NCBI GenBank assembly: GCA_902384455.1
Contig: CABMCB010000100.1
Span: 1 to 45,030 of the forward strand
Length of the DNA: 45,030 bases
Direction: 5' to 3'
From: an uncultured archaeon
Lineage (GTDB): Archaea > Altiarchaeota > Altiarchaeia > IMC4 > SCGC-AAA252-I15
Positions 26,517 to 36,156 of the stretch are shown here, piece by piece (positions within the stretch are counted from its first letter, which is position 1; the number at the start of each line of letters is the position of its first letter). The notes beneath the pieces are model-generated. The model ran no database searches. It was not told the origin of the DNA and saw nothing but the letters and a program-made list of their open reading frames with translations. A program made the position numbers and the translations under genes.

Positions 26517-27164
26517 ATGCTCAATGCTCAACAAGTAGAAGCAATCTTTCGAAAGGCAATGACTTCTAAGAAAGTAGGAGCCATTCTTGAGGTTGCACGT
26601 GCTCTTGAAGCAATGCGGGTCTTCGATAAGGCCTTTTATCTCTACAATCGAGCCTATGAACTAGGCTTTGCTGTAGGCGCAATGGCGCGTGGTACGGCCA
26701 TCAAAGACACGAATGGCGCAGTTATTCCGCCAGGACGTTATTGGCAAGATATCATTGGCGACCCTGCTAAGAAAGCGTGGAGTGATTGGGTCGTAAATAA
26801 GCCTGAAGTGCACGTTGAAACCACTGAAGACCATACTGATGAGAATCGGTTATTCGTTATCTTTACTATTCCTGCAACCGCAAACAACTATGGTTTGCCT
26901 GGAGTGTTCTTTCCGACCAAAGTGTTAGGGTTTCCAACAATTGCAAGTGCAAACGTTACGGGTTCACAGGATACAGTGCAACGTCCTGACCCAGTTACCA
27001 GTGCAGACGTCTTAGCACAGATGGCTAAGGCTGCTGGTCAAACAACGAAGTCATTTGGTGAAGGATTAGGCCTTACACCAACTAAACTCGCACTGATAGG
27101 CGGCGCAGCATTAGCTATCGTCGTTCTACTCAGTCGAATTGCGATGCCGATACCACGGATATAA
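26517..27164 (+). CDS. Virion protein with helical module and C-terminal TM segment
   Basis: C-terminal LALIGGAALAIVVLL. Confidence 0.7.
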   Translation: MLNAQQVEAIFRKAMTSKKVGAILEVARALEAMRVFDKAFYLYNRAYELGFAVGAMARGTAIKDTNGAVIPPGRYWQDIIGDPAKKAWSDWVVNKPEVHVETTEDHTDENRLFVIFTIPATANNYGLPGVFFPTKVLGFPTIASANVTGSQDTVQRPDPVTSADVLAQMAKAAGQTTKSFGEGLGLTPTKLALIGGAALAIVVLLSRIAMPIPRI

Positions 27165-27184
27165 CTATTCCACAGAATAATGAT

Positions 27185-28099
27185 ATGGCTACCAAACGAC
27201 GTCAAACAGTAGACCAATGGGTTCAATCAGTCACTGGTGAAGTGATTGATGGCAAAGGTTGTTCAGCAATTGCACTATTGCACTTGAAAGGTGTTGGAGG
27301 CGCTACCGAAGAAGTCACAACGAAGCCACTTGAAGGAACTGTCAACGCAAGTGAATTAGCTGACCATCTTATTGGTCGTGCCGAAGGATTCAGTCAAGAC
27401 CTTGCTGGCATTCAAACCTTCAAACTCATTGCCTTCTATGGAAGCAATGAAGCTCACAATCCGTTCCATTTCACAACATCAGACGGAACGGTAATGTCTC
27501 GGTCTGAGACCATGATGTCTGCCCACGAACCCACACCAACGGGACTCTTAGGGCAGATGATGAAACACAATGAAGCTATAATGGTTCAAAACAGCCAATT
27601 AGTCACTGCTAACATGACAATGGCTAACAGCTTCATGTCTATGTGTTTCGGACCGCAAGGCGTTGTCCAACAGTCTATCCAAGCGCAACTTGAAGCCGTT
27701 TCGGTAGTCAAAGATGCCATGCTTGACATGGCTAAAGAACGTAAAGGTCTTATCATTGAAGAGGCGAAAGCTGCGCAAGACTTACAGATGCGCAAAGCCG
27801 TCATTGATATGGTTCCACAGCTCACCAATCGACTCACTGGCCGTGAAATATTCGACGAAAAGTCTAACGACGCAAAGATAGTTGAAGCACTTGCCATGAA
27901 AGTGACCCCTGAAGACCTTCAACTCTTAGTAGGTCTCGGCAAACTTACTAAAGAACAGGCTCTTATTCTCTCTGCCCGCTTCACTACCATTGTCGAAGAA
28001 AAAAAGAAGGAAGCGGAAGCCCTCACTAAGGTTCCTAGTGAGGAAAGTCAACCTAAAACAACAGCTCTTGCTACAGCGAAAGGTAATGGTGGTTTATGA
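27185..28099 (+). CDS. Hypothetical, largely helical protein
   Basis: 304-aa ORF starting just after box P. Confidence 0.75.
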   Translation: MATKRRQTVDQWVQSVTGEVIDGKGCSAIALLHLKGVGGATEEVTTKPLEGTVNASELADHLIGRAEGFSQDLAGIQTFKLIAFYGSNEAHNPFHFTTSDGTVMSRSETMMSAHEPTPTGLLGQMMKHNEAIMVQNSQLVTANMTMANSFMSMCFGPQGVVQQSIQAQLEAVSVVKDAMLDMAKERKGLIIEEAKAAQDLQMRKAVIDMVPQLTNRLTGREIFDEKSNDAKIVEALAMKVTPEDLQLLVGLGKLTKEQALILSARFTTIVEEKKKEAEALTKVPSEESQPKTTALATAKGNGGL

Positions 28100-28947
28100 A
28101 TCCAATGACAGTTGCGGCAGGAGTTGCGGCTGCCGGTCTTGGTTATCTTGGTTACAAGAAGTTCGGCAAACCAACGGCGGCCAGTTATCAATCAATGAAC
28201 GTTGTAGGGCCAGGGGGTGTGCCTATCAAAGTAGCAACACCAGTTCCAAATACAGTCACACAAGCTCAAATGACTGGAATTCCCGCTGCGATGTTGACAC
28301 AAGGAAGCTTTTTTCCTGTTCCAACAACAGTTCCTGGTGTTGGAGTGACTTACGCTCCGCCAGGGACAATCAATGTATTACCCAATGGCGACGTTCATCA
28401 ACCGGCGCCCATTGTAATTAGTCCTGGCGGCGCTTCAAGTGTTGCTATTGGTTCCGTCAAGGATGTTCAACATGCCTTGAACACATTAGGTTTCTGTAAG
28501 CCTGCTTTAGTTGAAGATGGCAAATTGGGTCCAATGACCCTCAATTGCATCAAAGCCTTTCAAAGTGCAAACAAGTTGGTTGTAGACGGCAATGCCGGTC
28601 CTGCTACTAAAGCTGCACTTTCTGCCGCACTAACCAATATGGCTGGCGGGTGGAGTCAATCAGGTGCTACGGCACAGCAAAGCACACCTAGAACAGGTGT
28701 TGCTACTACTCCAGCTGGTGTTACTGTTGACACAACAGCTGCATTGAAGATGACAGCTGTACAGGTTCAACACTCTCTAAATATTCTTGGAACGACTCCA
28801 GCCCTAGTAGAAGATGGCAAAGTCGGTCCTAGAAGCGTTGCAGCTATCAAGAGCTTTCAAACTGCTCATGGTCTCATTCCTGACGGCGTTGCAGGACCTA
28901 AAACGAAGACAGCAATCTATCTTGCAACCATAAACGCAACTCACTAA
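28096..28947 (+). CDS. Membrane-anchored protein with two peptidoglycan-binding (PG_binding_1-like) domains
   Basis: Two copies of VQHxLNxLG...EDGKxGP...IKxFQ...DGxAGPxTK; N-terminal TM segment. Confidence 0.87.
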   Translation: MNPMTVAAGVAAAGLGYLGYKKFGKPTAASYQSMNVVGPGGVPIKVATPVPNTVTQAQMTGIPAAMLTQGSFFPVPTTVPGVGVTYAPPGTINVLPNGDVHQPAPIVISPGGASSVAIGSVKDVQHALNTLGFCKPALVEDGKLGPMTLNCIKAFQSANKLVVDGNAGPATKAALSAALTNMAGGWSQSGATAQQSTPRTGVATTPAGVTVDTTAALKMTAVQVQHSLNILGTTPALVEDGKVGPRSVAAIKSFQTAHGLIPDGVAGPKTKTAIYLATINATH

Positions 28948-28976
28948 CTAATATTCCACGGAATAGGAGAAGGGCA

Positions 28977-29237
28977 ATGGCATCAAAGAAAAGGCGTAAG
29001 AAGGTTGCAAAGAAGGCTGCAAAGAAAGTCAAGCGCCGAAGAAGTGCAACCGCCCGAGTGTCAAAGCATTCACTTGGGACCGAACTTGGCCTTCTTCAAA
29101 AGATTGAGAAGAAGGTAACGCGCATCGACCGTACAGTGAACGCTGGCTTTCATCTAAAGAGGAAAGCTAAGAAAGCTGCACGGCGCCGTGGAATTGAGGC
29201 AGACTGGGAAGCTGCTGAACGCCACGGTATCGAGTAA
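28977..29237 (+). CDS. Small K/R-rich protein
   Basis: MASKKRRKKVAKKAAKKVKRRR. Confidence 0.7.
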   Translation: MASKKRRKKVAKKAAKKVKRRRSATARVSKHSLGTELGLLQKIEKKVTRIDRTVNAGFHLKRKAKKAARRRGIEADWEAAERHGIE

Positions 29238-29268
29238 AGTTTATCAAGTTACTATCTCGGAGGAAGCA

Positions 29269-29403
29269 ATGGCTCAGACAGAACAGGAAACCAAAGAACA
29301 ACAACCCACCAATGACAAGGTGGACCAAACTAGTGCCGACAGGGCAGCAGAACTTGACGAAACATTCAGGCAAGCTGCGCGGGATGGCACTCTTTACGAA
29401 TGA
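29269..29403 (+). CDS. Small acidic protein
   Basis: GGAGG RBS; 44 aa. Confidence 0.55.
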   Translation: MAQTEQETKEQQPTNDKVDQTSADRAAELDETFRQAARDGTLYE

Positions 29404-29415
29404 TTGGAGAAACCA

Positions 29416-29559
29416 ATGGCAACACGCAAAAAGGGTACTCACCACAAGAAGACTGGCAAGAAGACACGACGCAAGAAGGCCGTTCACCACACGGGCTCTG
29501 TGAAGACACAGATTGACCACGTCATCAAGAGCCTACAGGTCATCAAAAAGCACTGCTAG
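29416..29559 (+). CDS. 47-aa K/H-rich protein (not in ORF track)
   Basis: GGAG RBS; MATRKKGTHHKKTGKKTRRKK. Confidence 0.65.
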   Translation: MATRKKGTHHKKTGKKTRRKKAVHHTGSVKTQIDHVIKSLQVIKKHC

Positions 29560-29563
29560 TACA

Positions 29564-29791
29564 ATGGCGAGAAAGCGCTCCAAGAAGCGCTGGATACAAC
29601 GAGCCCTTCATAAACACAAGAAGGGCGCGTTGCACCGCCAGCTTGGTATCCCCGAAGGGGAGACGATTCCTATATCTCTCCTCCGGGATGCCTCCAAAGA
29701 ACCGGGTTTGCTTGGACAACGAGCCCGGTTCGCGTTGAACGTCCGTAAGATTCGTGGTTCTGCAACCACTCCTAAGCGTCGTAAGCATTAG
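29564..29791 (+). CDS. Small basic protein
   Basis: MARKRSKKRWIQ...GALHRQLGIPEGETIP. Confidence 0.7.
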   Translation: MARKRSKKRWIQRALHKHKKGALHRQLGIPEGETIPISLLRDASKEPGLLGQRARFALNVRKIRGSATTPKRRKH

Positions 29792-29805
29792 AAAAGGTGT
29801 GAGTC

Positions 29806-29994
29806 ATGGCAAAACGAGGTCGGAAGAAAGTTCGTCGGCAGACTAAATGGCATCTTGGCGGGAAGAAAGCGACCCTCGCAAGAAAACGCGGGCATAAGCC
29901 TGTTGCATTGCTCAAGTTGTACCATTCCAGAATGGAGAAGAACTTAGGCAAGCTTGAAGGTGTAATTAGGCGACGTGAAGCGGCGGGCGAATAA
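29806..29994 (+). CDS. Small basic protein
   Basis: AAGGTG RBS; MAKRGRKKVRR. Confidence 0.65.
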   Translation: MAKRGRKKVRRQTKWHLGGKKATLARKRGHKPVALLKLYHSRMEKNLGKLEGVIRRREAAGE

Positions 29995-30050
29995 TATTCC
30001 ATAGAATACCCTGAATGGTTCGGCAACCATTCCTCAGCGTCAGGAAAACC

Positions 30051-31643
30051 ATGCACAACGAAACAATAGGCATCGGCTGCCAACCTATCACACTCTTTCA
30101 GGGTGAAGACTACCCACTGATTGTCATGGTTGGCAATGAAGGACAGGTTGGCTTTGGTTGGTTTGGCTCTCATATCGTTCACTCAGTGGGACACTTTGCG
30201 TCTAACGTCGTAAAGACTGCAGGCAAAGCGGTAGGAACTGTGACCAAACCTATCCAAAGTGTTACAGGAGCAATCACTAAGGAGATAGGAAAGATTCCAA
30301 TCGTTGGAGGACCGCTTCACGCAGTCTTTGACGTTACCTTTCACATAGCAATGGGTCCTACCAATATGATTGTTGCTGTTGCTAGTGGGCAACGCATTGA
30401 CCATGTTGTTTTGAACAACCTGAAGCAACAACTTCACGACTTCAAACAGGTTGCTCCTTACGCCCAGATGGTTATCAGTATTGTACCTGGCGTTGGACAA
30501 GGAGTCAGTGCTGCGCTTTCCGCAGGACTTGCACTGTCAGAAGGTCAACCCATTGATGCAGTCCTCAAAGCTGGACTCATTGGTGCATTACCAGGCGGAC
30601 CGCTCGTCAAAGCTGCTGTGACAATGGGCGTCGAAACCATTCAACATGTTGCAAAGGGAGAGAAGCTCAACCTTCAAACCTTTGAGCACACAGCTGGTGG
30701 CATTGCAAGTAGTGCTCTTGGACTCCCCATTGCTGCAAAGAATGCACTTGTTACTGGCATTGCAATCATTGGCGGCATTGCTCACGGCAATCCCCTTGAT
30801 AAAGCAGTTTCTGATGCAGCCATTCATGCATTGCCCCTTTCCGATGCAGTAAAGAAGGCTATGATAGATGCATCGGCATTGAGTCTTGACCTTGCCCACG
30901 GCAAGAAAGTTGATGCAGCATTCACAGCACACGTTACTGCACTAGCGGCCGTCCTTCCACCTACGAATCCTTTGCACGATAGCATCAAGTCGGGTCTCGA
31001 TAGCACACGAAAGATTCAAGGCAAAAACGAAGATATCATGCTTGCTTCGTTACAATCAGGCCTTGCAGACACACTAGTAAGCATGGGTGCCCAACCATTG
31101 CCTGTTGCTACGAAAAACGCAATCAAGTCAGGTCTAGCCTTAGGTTCTGGCGTCGTCTACCAAAGTCACCGTGGTATACACTTAGGTAAAGTAACTGGTA
31201 AACTCGTTGAAAGTGGTGTTCAACTCTCAAAGACTTCGCCATTGTTTGCAGAAGCCAGAAAGCTTGCGGCCGCTAAAAACGCTACGAAAGGTTTCGACCT
31301 TGCAACAGGTCTTTTACAGCAACAAGTTGGTGCCTTTGATGTTGCTAAGGCTCGTGATAGTCTTGACCCTGTTCAAAAACTAGGGTTCGACATTGCATGT
31401 TCTGTTCGTGTTGGCGCCGTTGCTAATCCGAAACCACCAAACATATCGGCTGCCGCCCATGCTGGCCATGCCATAACTCTTGGTATGCAATCTTACACGC
31501 CAGAAAAGAAGGCTGTAATGATGCAAACTGTTCAATCGAATCCAAGTGCCACTGTTGGCGCAACGGTTGCTGTGAAAGAAGTCGTTGCTAACCGAGAATC
31601 AATCATCATAAAGATACTCAAGGCTTTGCACCTTCATAAGTGA
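30051..31643 (+). CDS. Large Ala/Gly-rich helical virion protein (possible membrane or DNA-delivery role)
   Basis: VGFGWFG followed by amphipathic segments; about 530 aa; start 30051 or 30015. Confidence 0.7.
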   Translation: MHNETIGIGCQPITLFQGEDYPLIVMVGNEGQVGFGWFGSHIVHSVGHFASNVVKTAGKAVGTVTKPIQSVTGAITKEIGKIPIVGGPLHAVFDVTFHIAMGPTNMIVAVASGQRIDHVVLNNLKQQLHDFKQVAPYAQMVISIVPGVGQGVSAALSAGLALSEGQPIDAVLKAGLIGALPGGPLVKAAVTMGVETIQHVAKGEKLNLQTFEHTAGGIASSALGLPIAAKNALVTGIAIIGGIAHGNPLDKAVSDAAIHALPLSDAVKKAMIDASALSLDLAHGKKVDAAFTAHVTALAAVLPPTNPLHDSIKSGLDSTRKIQGKNEDIMLASLQSGLADTLVSMGAQPLPVATKNAIKSGLALGSGVVYQSHRGIHLGKVTGKLVESGVQLSKTSPLFAEARKLAAAKNATKGFDLATGLLQQQVGAFDVAKARDSLDPVQKLGFDIACSVRVGAVANPKPPNISAAAHAGHAITLGMQSYTPEKKAVMMQTVQSNPSATVGATVAVKEVVANRESIIIKILKALHLHK

Positions 31644-31652
31644 GGAGGAATC

Positions 31653-31979
31653 ATGAACGCTGAAGAATGGGCAAGGCGTTACGCGTTTACAGGCACTGAC
31701 CGATATGTACCCGTTGAGAATTATCCGGGTTACTTCATGAACCTTCAAGGCAGACTAGAGCCTGAACGCGAGACAGTAACCTTTGCTGGCGGATTCTCTG
31801 CCGGTCAACTCGCGTCAACGGGGATTATTAGTTACGCCATTGTACGCTTACTCGGCGCCAGTGTACCCGGAGCTATCGCAATGGGCATAGGCAATGTACT
31901 GTGGGAAGCGGGCAGTCCTGCTATCCCTGCCGGCTGGAAGCGATACGTACTCGGTCTTTTCCGCAAACCCCACGAATAA
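31653..31979 (+). CDS. Small membrane protein
   Basis: GAGGAGG RBS; hydrophobic C-terminal half. Confidence 0.65.
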   Translation: MNAEEWARRYAFTGTDRYVPVENYPGYFMNLQGRLEPERETVTFAGGFSAGQLASTGIISYAIVRLLGASVPGAIAMGIGNVLWEAGSPAIPAGWKRYVLGLFRKPHE

Positions 31980-32024
31980 ACATCATACGATACAGGATAC
32001 ACCCCAAGAACGGAGATATTAGAT

Positions 32025-32246
32025 ATGTTTGGTGAAGGCGTTTCGATGCTCGACCTTATGGCTTTACTCAAAGCCATTCGTGAAAAGAATCTTGTCTTAC
32101 AAGTGAAGATTATTGATAAACCGTGGGAAGACTTATCTGGCAAAGTAGTCAAAGCCATGATTGAAGCCGTTACAACGGGACTTATCAAACAATCTAGTGA
32201 CATTCGACTGCGACTCTCTGAAAAGAGTGCCGCTATTCACCCCTGA
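32025..32246 (+). CDS. Hypothetical protein
   Basis: GGAG RBS. Confidence 0.5.
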   Translation: MFGEGVSMLDLMALLKAIREKNLVLQVKIIDKPWEDLSGKVVKAMIEAVTTGLIKQSSDIRLRLSEKSAAIHP

Positions 32247-32269
32247 CCTATTCCACGGAATAATCACCA

Positions 32270-33535
32270 ATGACATACGTTCCAGTCAATGTAGCCGCAT
32301 ACACTGCATCTTTTGCTGGAGCTATTGCCGGCATGGCTGTTTCTGGGTGGATTGTTGACCCAACCTCAGCAGATTATTCCAACGCAACCCTTGTAGCAGG
32401 CGCATTCGCTCAAGAATTCGATACAGTGTGGAACAATGCCACACAACTCAACAACTTAGAAATAAGTGCAATCAACTCTATCGTCCAAGAAGACTTTAGT
32501 GGGCGAGGTCCAAGCCCTTTTAGTAGCCCACAATTCCAAGACCCTACTAATTGGACAGTAGCAGCTAAAGCGTGTGCAGCCCTTGTACTTGAAAGTGACA
32601 TCTTCTTTGCCAATCAAGGTATCAATCCAGGAACACCCGGGGGAGGAGGTGGATTAGCTCCTGCTGTTAATCTCATTGTCAACGTTCAGAATGGTGGCAA
32701 TGACCTAACAGGGGACGGTACAGCTAGCAAACCATTCCTTACAATAAACCGTGCATGTACACTAATTCGTTCATTAGGCAATGCATCAAGTGCAATTCGT
32801 TACACTATTCTGCTTGGTTCAGGGCGATTCAATGCACAAGCCGTCACATTGACCGACTGGACCTATGTAGTAGGTGCGTCAATTGAGGGCACGCGTGTAA
32901 CATTCTCATCAATCACTCTTGGACCAGAATGGACAGCGAATGTTGACCATCGTTCAGGATTCCAGAACATGACAGTTTCTGGAGGTATAACCATTGACTT
33001 CAATCCTGTATCATCAAACCAAGGCAAGGTTCGATTCGATTCAGTAGTATTCAATGACGCTTGGACATTCTTAGCCTTCAGTCCAATCAATCAGGTCTTA
33101 CTAAATAATGTCTTTATGTTCGCAGGCTACAATCAAACAGGTATAAACGTTGTAGCATGGGCTAGTATTGTAGCAGCTGGTACAATAGCTATGACGTCTA
33201 TCAACGACGGACGTAATATACAGACACTTGCTGCATTCATTGGAAGTGGATTACAGTGTGCAATCACAGAAACATGGACTGCAAGTGGCGGAGCAAACAG
33301 TGTAGCATCTACATTCATTGCTGGTAGCTGTAATGGCACATTGACCCTAGATGGGGCACAAGCGACCGTTGACCCAGCAAGTAGTCCAATAGCTTTTCCA
33401 GGTGGAGTAACATTACTAAATGGTGCTCCTGACCCACGTAAGAATCTTACAGGTGCTAAGGGTGGTAATGCTGCTCTTGCAAGTGTCTGTACTCAATTGG
33501 CCGCAACAGGAGCCTTCAAAGACTCTACTACCTAA
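32270..33535 (+). CDS. Spike/receptor-binding protein 1 (conserved N-domain, poly-Gly hinge, probable beta-helix)
   Basis: PGGGGG hinge then GNDLTGDGTASKPFLTI, a motif that typically opens pectin-lyase-like beta-helices. Confidence 0.72.
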   Translation: MTYVPVNVAAYTASFAGAIAGMAVSGWIVDPTSADYSNATLVAGAFAQEFDTVWNNATQLNNLEISAINSIVQEDFSGRGPSPFSSPQFQDPTNWTVAAKACAALVLESDIFFANQGINPGTPGGGGGLAPAVNLIVNVQNGGNDLTGDGTASKPFLTINRACTLIRSLGNASSAIRYTILLGSGRFNAQAVTLTDWTYVVGASIEGTRVTFSSITLGPEWTANVDHRSGFQNMTVSGGITIDFNPVSSNQGKVRFDSVVFNDAWTFLAFSPINQVLLNNVFMFAGYNQTGINVVAWASIVAAGTIAMTSINDGRNIQTLAAFIGSGLQCAITETWTASGGANSVASTFIAGSCNGTLTLDGAQATVDPASSPIAFPGGVTLLNGAPDPRKNLTGAKGGNAALASVCTQLAATGAFKDSTT

Positions 33536-33945
33536 TTTATTCCACAGAATAGAAAGAAGTAACTATGCCATACGCACCTATCAATGTTGCTGCATACACC
33601 TCTGCTTTTGCTGGTGCCATTGCTGGCATGGCTGTTTCTGGGTGGATTGTTGACCCAACGTCAGCAGACTACAACAATGCAACCCTTGTAGCGGGCGCAT
33701 TCGCTCAAGAGTTCGACACAATATGGAACAATGCTACTGCACTCAATAATCTAGAGATTGAAGCAATCACTTCAGTTGTTCAACAAGACTTTACTGGTCG
33801 AGGTCCAGGACCACTCAACAGTGCACAATTCCAAAACCCTCTCAATTGGACAGTGGCAGCCAAAGCATGTGCAGCCCTCATTCTCCAAAGCGACATCTTC
33901 TTTGCTGGCCAAGGCATCAACCCAGGTACACCCGGGGGAGGGGGA
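32270..33945 (+). repeat. About 380-bp imperfect direct repeat (5' ends of the two spike genes)
   Basis: 32270-32650 versus 33565-33945, e.g. shared GGCATGGCTGTTTCTGGGTGGATTGTTGACCCAAC; both preceded by box P. Confidence 0.9.
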
Positions 33946-35052
33946 CTATTACCTGTCGTTAGCGAACTAGTTTACGTCAACCAAGGGGGTTCTGACGTAA
34001 CAGGTAATGGGACTGAAGAAAACCCATTCCAAACAATAGCGCATGCACAATCTACTATTCTCGATGCATCATTTGCCAAGGCATATGGCGTTCTCATTGG
34101 TCCTGGTACGTATAATGAAGCAGTGTTACTCAAAGACTCAGTATACCTCATTGGTAGCGACCCATTATTAGTGGCCTTTGGAACATCTGTTGCATTAGGT
34201 CCAACATATACAACAGTTCCTGGCGCGGCATCAGGCATAACCAATGTCGCCTGTAATTGTCCTGTTACATTAGACTTCAATGCACTAAGTTCTACATCAG
34301 CTGATGTAAACTTCCGCAATTGTTTCATTAGTGGCAATGTTCTTGCAACTGCATTCGACACTCCTGGCGGTTCAGCGTGTAACCTAAGTCTGTTCAACAC
34401 ACAAGTATTCGCAGACTTCGACGCCATTGGATGTCAAAACAGATGGTTCAATAGTGCTCAAACTGGCGGCGGATTGTTCCACTTAGCAAGTCAAGCTAAT
34501 AACAATTCCACATTTATAGGCATTGGTGGCGGAACGGATACTAGTCTATCACTTGAAACAGTTGCTGCTGCAATAAGCACCAATATCATGAACTGCTATG
34601 CATTCAGTATGCAAGCAGGTGTTGTCACCAAGATTATAGGCGCTGGCGGAACTGTTCCAGTAGCAAATTTTGACTTTGGCTGTCTACCAGAAAACTGCAC
34701 CGTACAAGCTAATGGTACTATGGACCGACAGATGCGTATCTCGCATCAGTTTCCAAACGTCTTCCCAAACCCTACAGCCATTGGCGCGGCTGGAACTACA
34801 ACGATTGATATCGTTGTGCCAGCAGCACTCATTGGCACAACATCAATTGAAGTGATGCAATCACAATGTTCACCAGTAGGTTCAGGATGGGGAACCTTCA
34901 TTGGTCCACACAACTGTTCGCTAACATTTACCTACGAACAAGCTGCTGGCGTGCCAACGATTCACATCAATATCTACAACCCAGGTGCAGGTTTCAACAT
35001 TGCTGACATCTGTAATCTAAACTTCTTCAGTTACCTGCCACAGGTGCTGTAA
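33565..35052 (+). CDS. Spike/receptor-binding protein 2, paralog of 32270-33535
   Basis: Near-identical first ~125 aa; GSDVTGNGTEENPFQTI...GPGTYNE; divergent C-terminus. Confidence 0.72.
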   Translation: MPYAPINVAAYTSAFAGAIAGMAVSGWIVDPTSADYNNATLVAGAFAQEFDTIWNNATALNNLEIEAITSVVQQDFTGRGPGPLNSAQFQNPLNWTVAAKACAALILQSDIFFAGQGINPGTPGGGGLLPVVSELVYVNQGGSDVTGNGTEENPFQTIAHAQSTILDASFAKAYGVLIGPGTYNEAVLLKDSVYLIGSDPLLVAFGTSVALGPTYTTVPGAASGITNVACNCPVTLDFNALSSTSADVNFRNCFISGNVLATAFDTPGGSACNLSLFNTQVFADFDAIGCQNRWFNSAQTGGGLFHLASQANNNSTFIGIGGGTDTSLSLETVAAAISTNIMNCYAFSMQAGVVTKIIGAGGTVPVANFDFGCLPENCTVQANGTMDRQMRISHQFPNVFPNPTAIGAAGTTTIDIVVPAALIGTTSIEVMQSQCSPVGSGWGTFIGPHNCSLTFTYEQAAGVPTIHINIYNPGAGFNIADICNLNFFSYLPQVL

Positions 35053-35058
35053 CTCCTA

Positions 35059-35086
35059 TTGTAATCCACTACAGTTGTGCTATAAT
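35059..35086 (+). promoter_or_regulatory. Sigma70-type promoter, probably giving a leaderless mRNA
   Basis: TTGTAA-16 bp-TATAAT with extended TG; ATG begins 7 nt after the -10. Confidence 0.65.
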
Positions 35087-35092
35087 ACCTAA

Positions 35093-35371
35093 ATGGCTGG
35101 AGAACTTGTACGAATTGGTCCGCCGCCAGGGCAAGAAGGACATGCTGACCCCGGTAAATGGGTTGGACGCATCGCCATCTTTGAGATGGTAACGGGCACA
35201 CGCATACAAGGAAAGATTCTAGCCGTTAGTGAACGTGTTATTGATACTGATAACGGGGCAATATTCGTTGAGCACATTGTTCATGCTCGATGGGTAAGTC
35301 CACAAGAAGCCAGTATTACCCGCGCTAAATATGCAGATAGTTGGACCGGGCACAGATTGCCCGGACGTTGA
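35093..35371 (+). CDS. Small protein, possible Sm/SH3-like beta barrel
   Basis: WVGRIAIFEMVTGTRIQGKILAVSE...AIFVEHIVHA pattern. Confidence 0.5.
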   Translation: MAGELVRIGPPPGQEGHADPGKWVGRIAIFEMVTGTRIQGKILAVSERVIDTDNGAIFVEHIVHARWVSPQEASITRAKYADSWTGHRLPGR

Positions 35372-35382
35372 AGGGATATTCC

Positions 35383-36033
35383 ATGGAATGTTTACTCTGT
35401 AGTATGTGGGCTCGAATGCCCTACGCAAAACGATACACGACACCTACAACCGCCGAACAGACTCAAGGTGCAATGATTGTGGGTTACTGGGTTGCTAGAC
35501 GTGCTACTTCGGCCCCTCGAATCTGTGAAGGGCATATGGCCGTCTTAGCAATGCTCGACCGACAAGAAGAGGGACGTATTGCTGGTGAAGAAAGGCGACG
35601 GCGGCAAGCAGAAGAGGCAGCACAAGCAATACTTGCAAACCAACCGCCCGTTGAGGTTCAAAGTCAGATAAACCAACTTCAAGAACGGCAACAAGTTGTT
35701 TTGCACGGACCTCCAGTCCCGCCGCCACAACCTACTATGCAACCCATTGCAACTCCGCCCATGATAATCCCTGAGCCCGTTGCACCTCCAGTGCCCGCGC
35801 CTCAGTTCAAACTTGGACCGGGACCATTGACGAACGAAAACACTATCACGGCACACCCGCCATTACCAGTGCCTGAAAACCCAGTTGCGCCATACACTGG
35901 CATTGCCGCGCCAGGTACTGTAGCAGGCGCTTTAGAAGCTGCTACAATGCCAGCTGTTGACGGTGGCAAAGTTACCTTTCCCTGCCCCACGTGTGGCGAA
36001 CATATATCCACTGGAGACGTTCACTCCTGCTAA
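35383..36033 (+). CDS. Pro-rich protein with C-terminal Zn finger
   Basis: ATG lies inside box P; ends CPTCGE...HSC. Confidence 0.65.
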   Translation: MECLLCSMWARMPYAKRYTTPTTAEQTQGAMIVGYWVARRATSAPRICEGHMAVLAMLDRQEEGRIAGEERRRRQAEEAAQAILANQPPVEVQSQINQLQERQQVVLHGPPVPPPQPTMQPIATPPMIIPEPVAPPVPAPQFKLGPGPLTNENTITAHPPLPVPENPVAPYTGIAAPGTVAGALEAATMPAVDGGKVTFPCPTCGEHISTGDVHSC

Positions 36034-36080
36034 CGTCAAGAGATGGTTCTTCAACCACTCCTCAACGTCGGGGAGCAATG

Positions 36081-36117
36081 AAAAACCCTGGTTGACGCGC
36101 TGTCAGTCAGGGTTTTT
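36081..36117. terminator. Bidirectional intrinsic terminator
   Basis: AAAAACCCTGGTTGAC-GCGCT-GTCAGTCAGGGTTTTT. Confidence 0.7.
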
Positions 36118-36156
36118 ATGTCTAGATACCGTAACACAAGGATAAGAAGATACACA

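Noticed and set aside
32270-33945. Spike gene repeat as a diversity-generating retroelement or invertible shufflon
   Set aside because: No reverse transcriptase or invertase, both copies are coding 5' ends in direct orientation, and differences are not adenine-specific.
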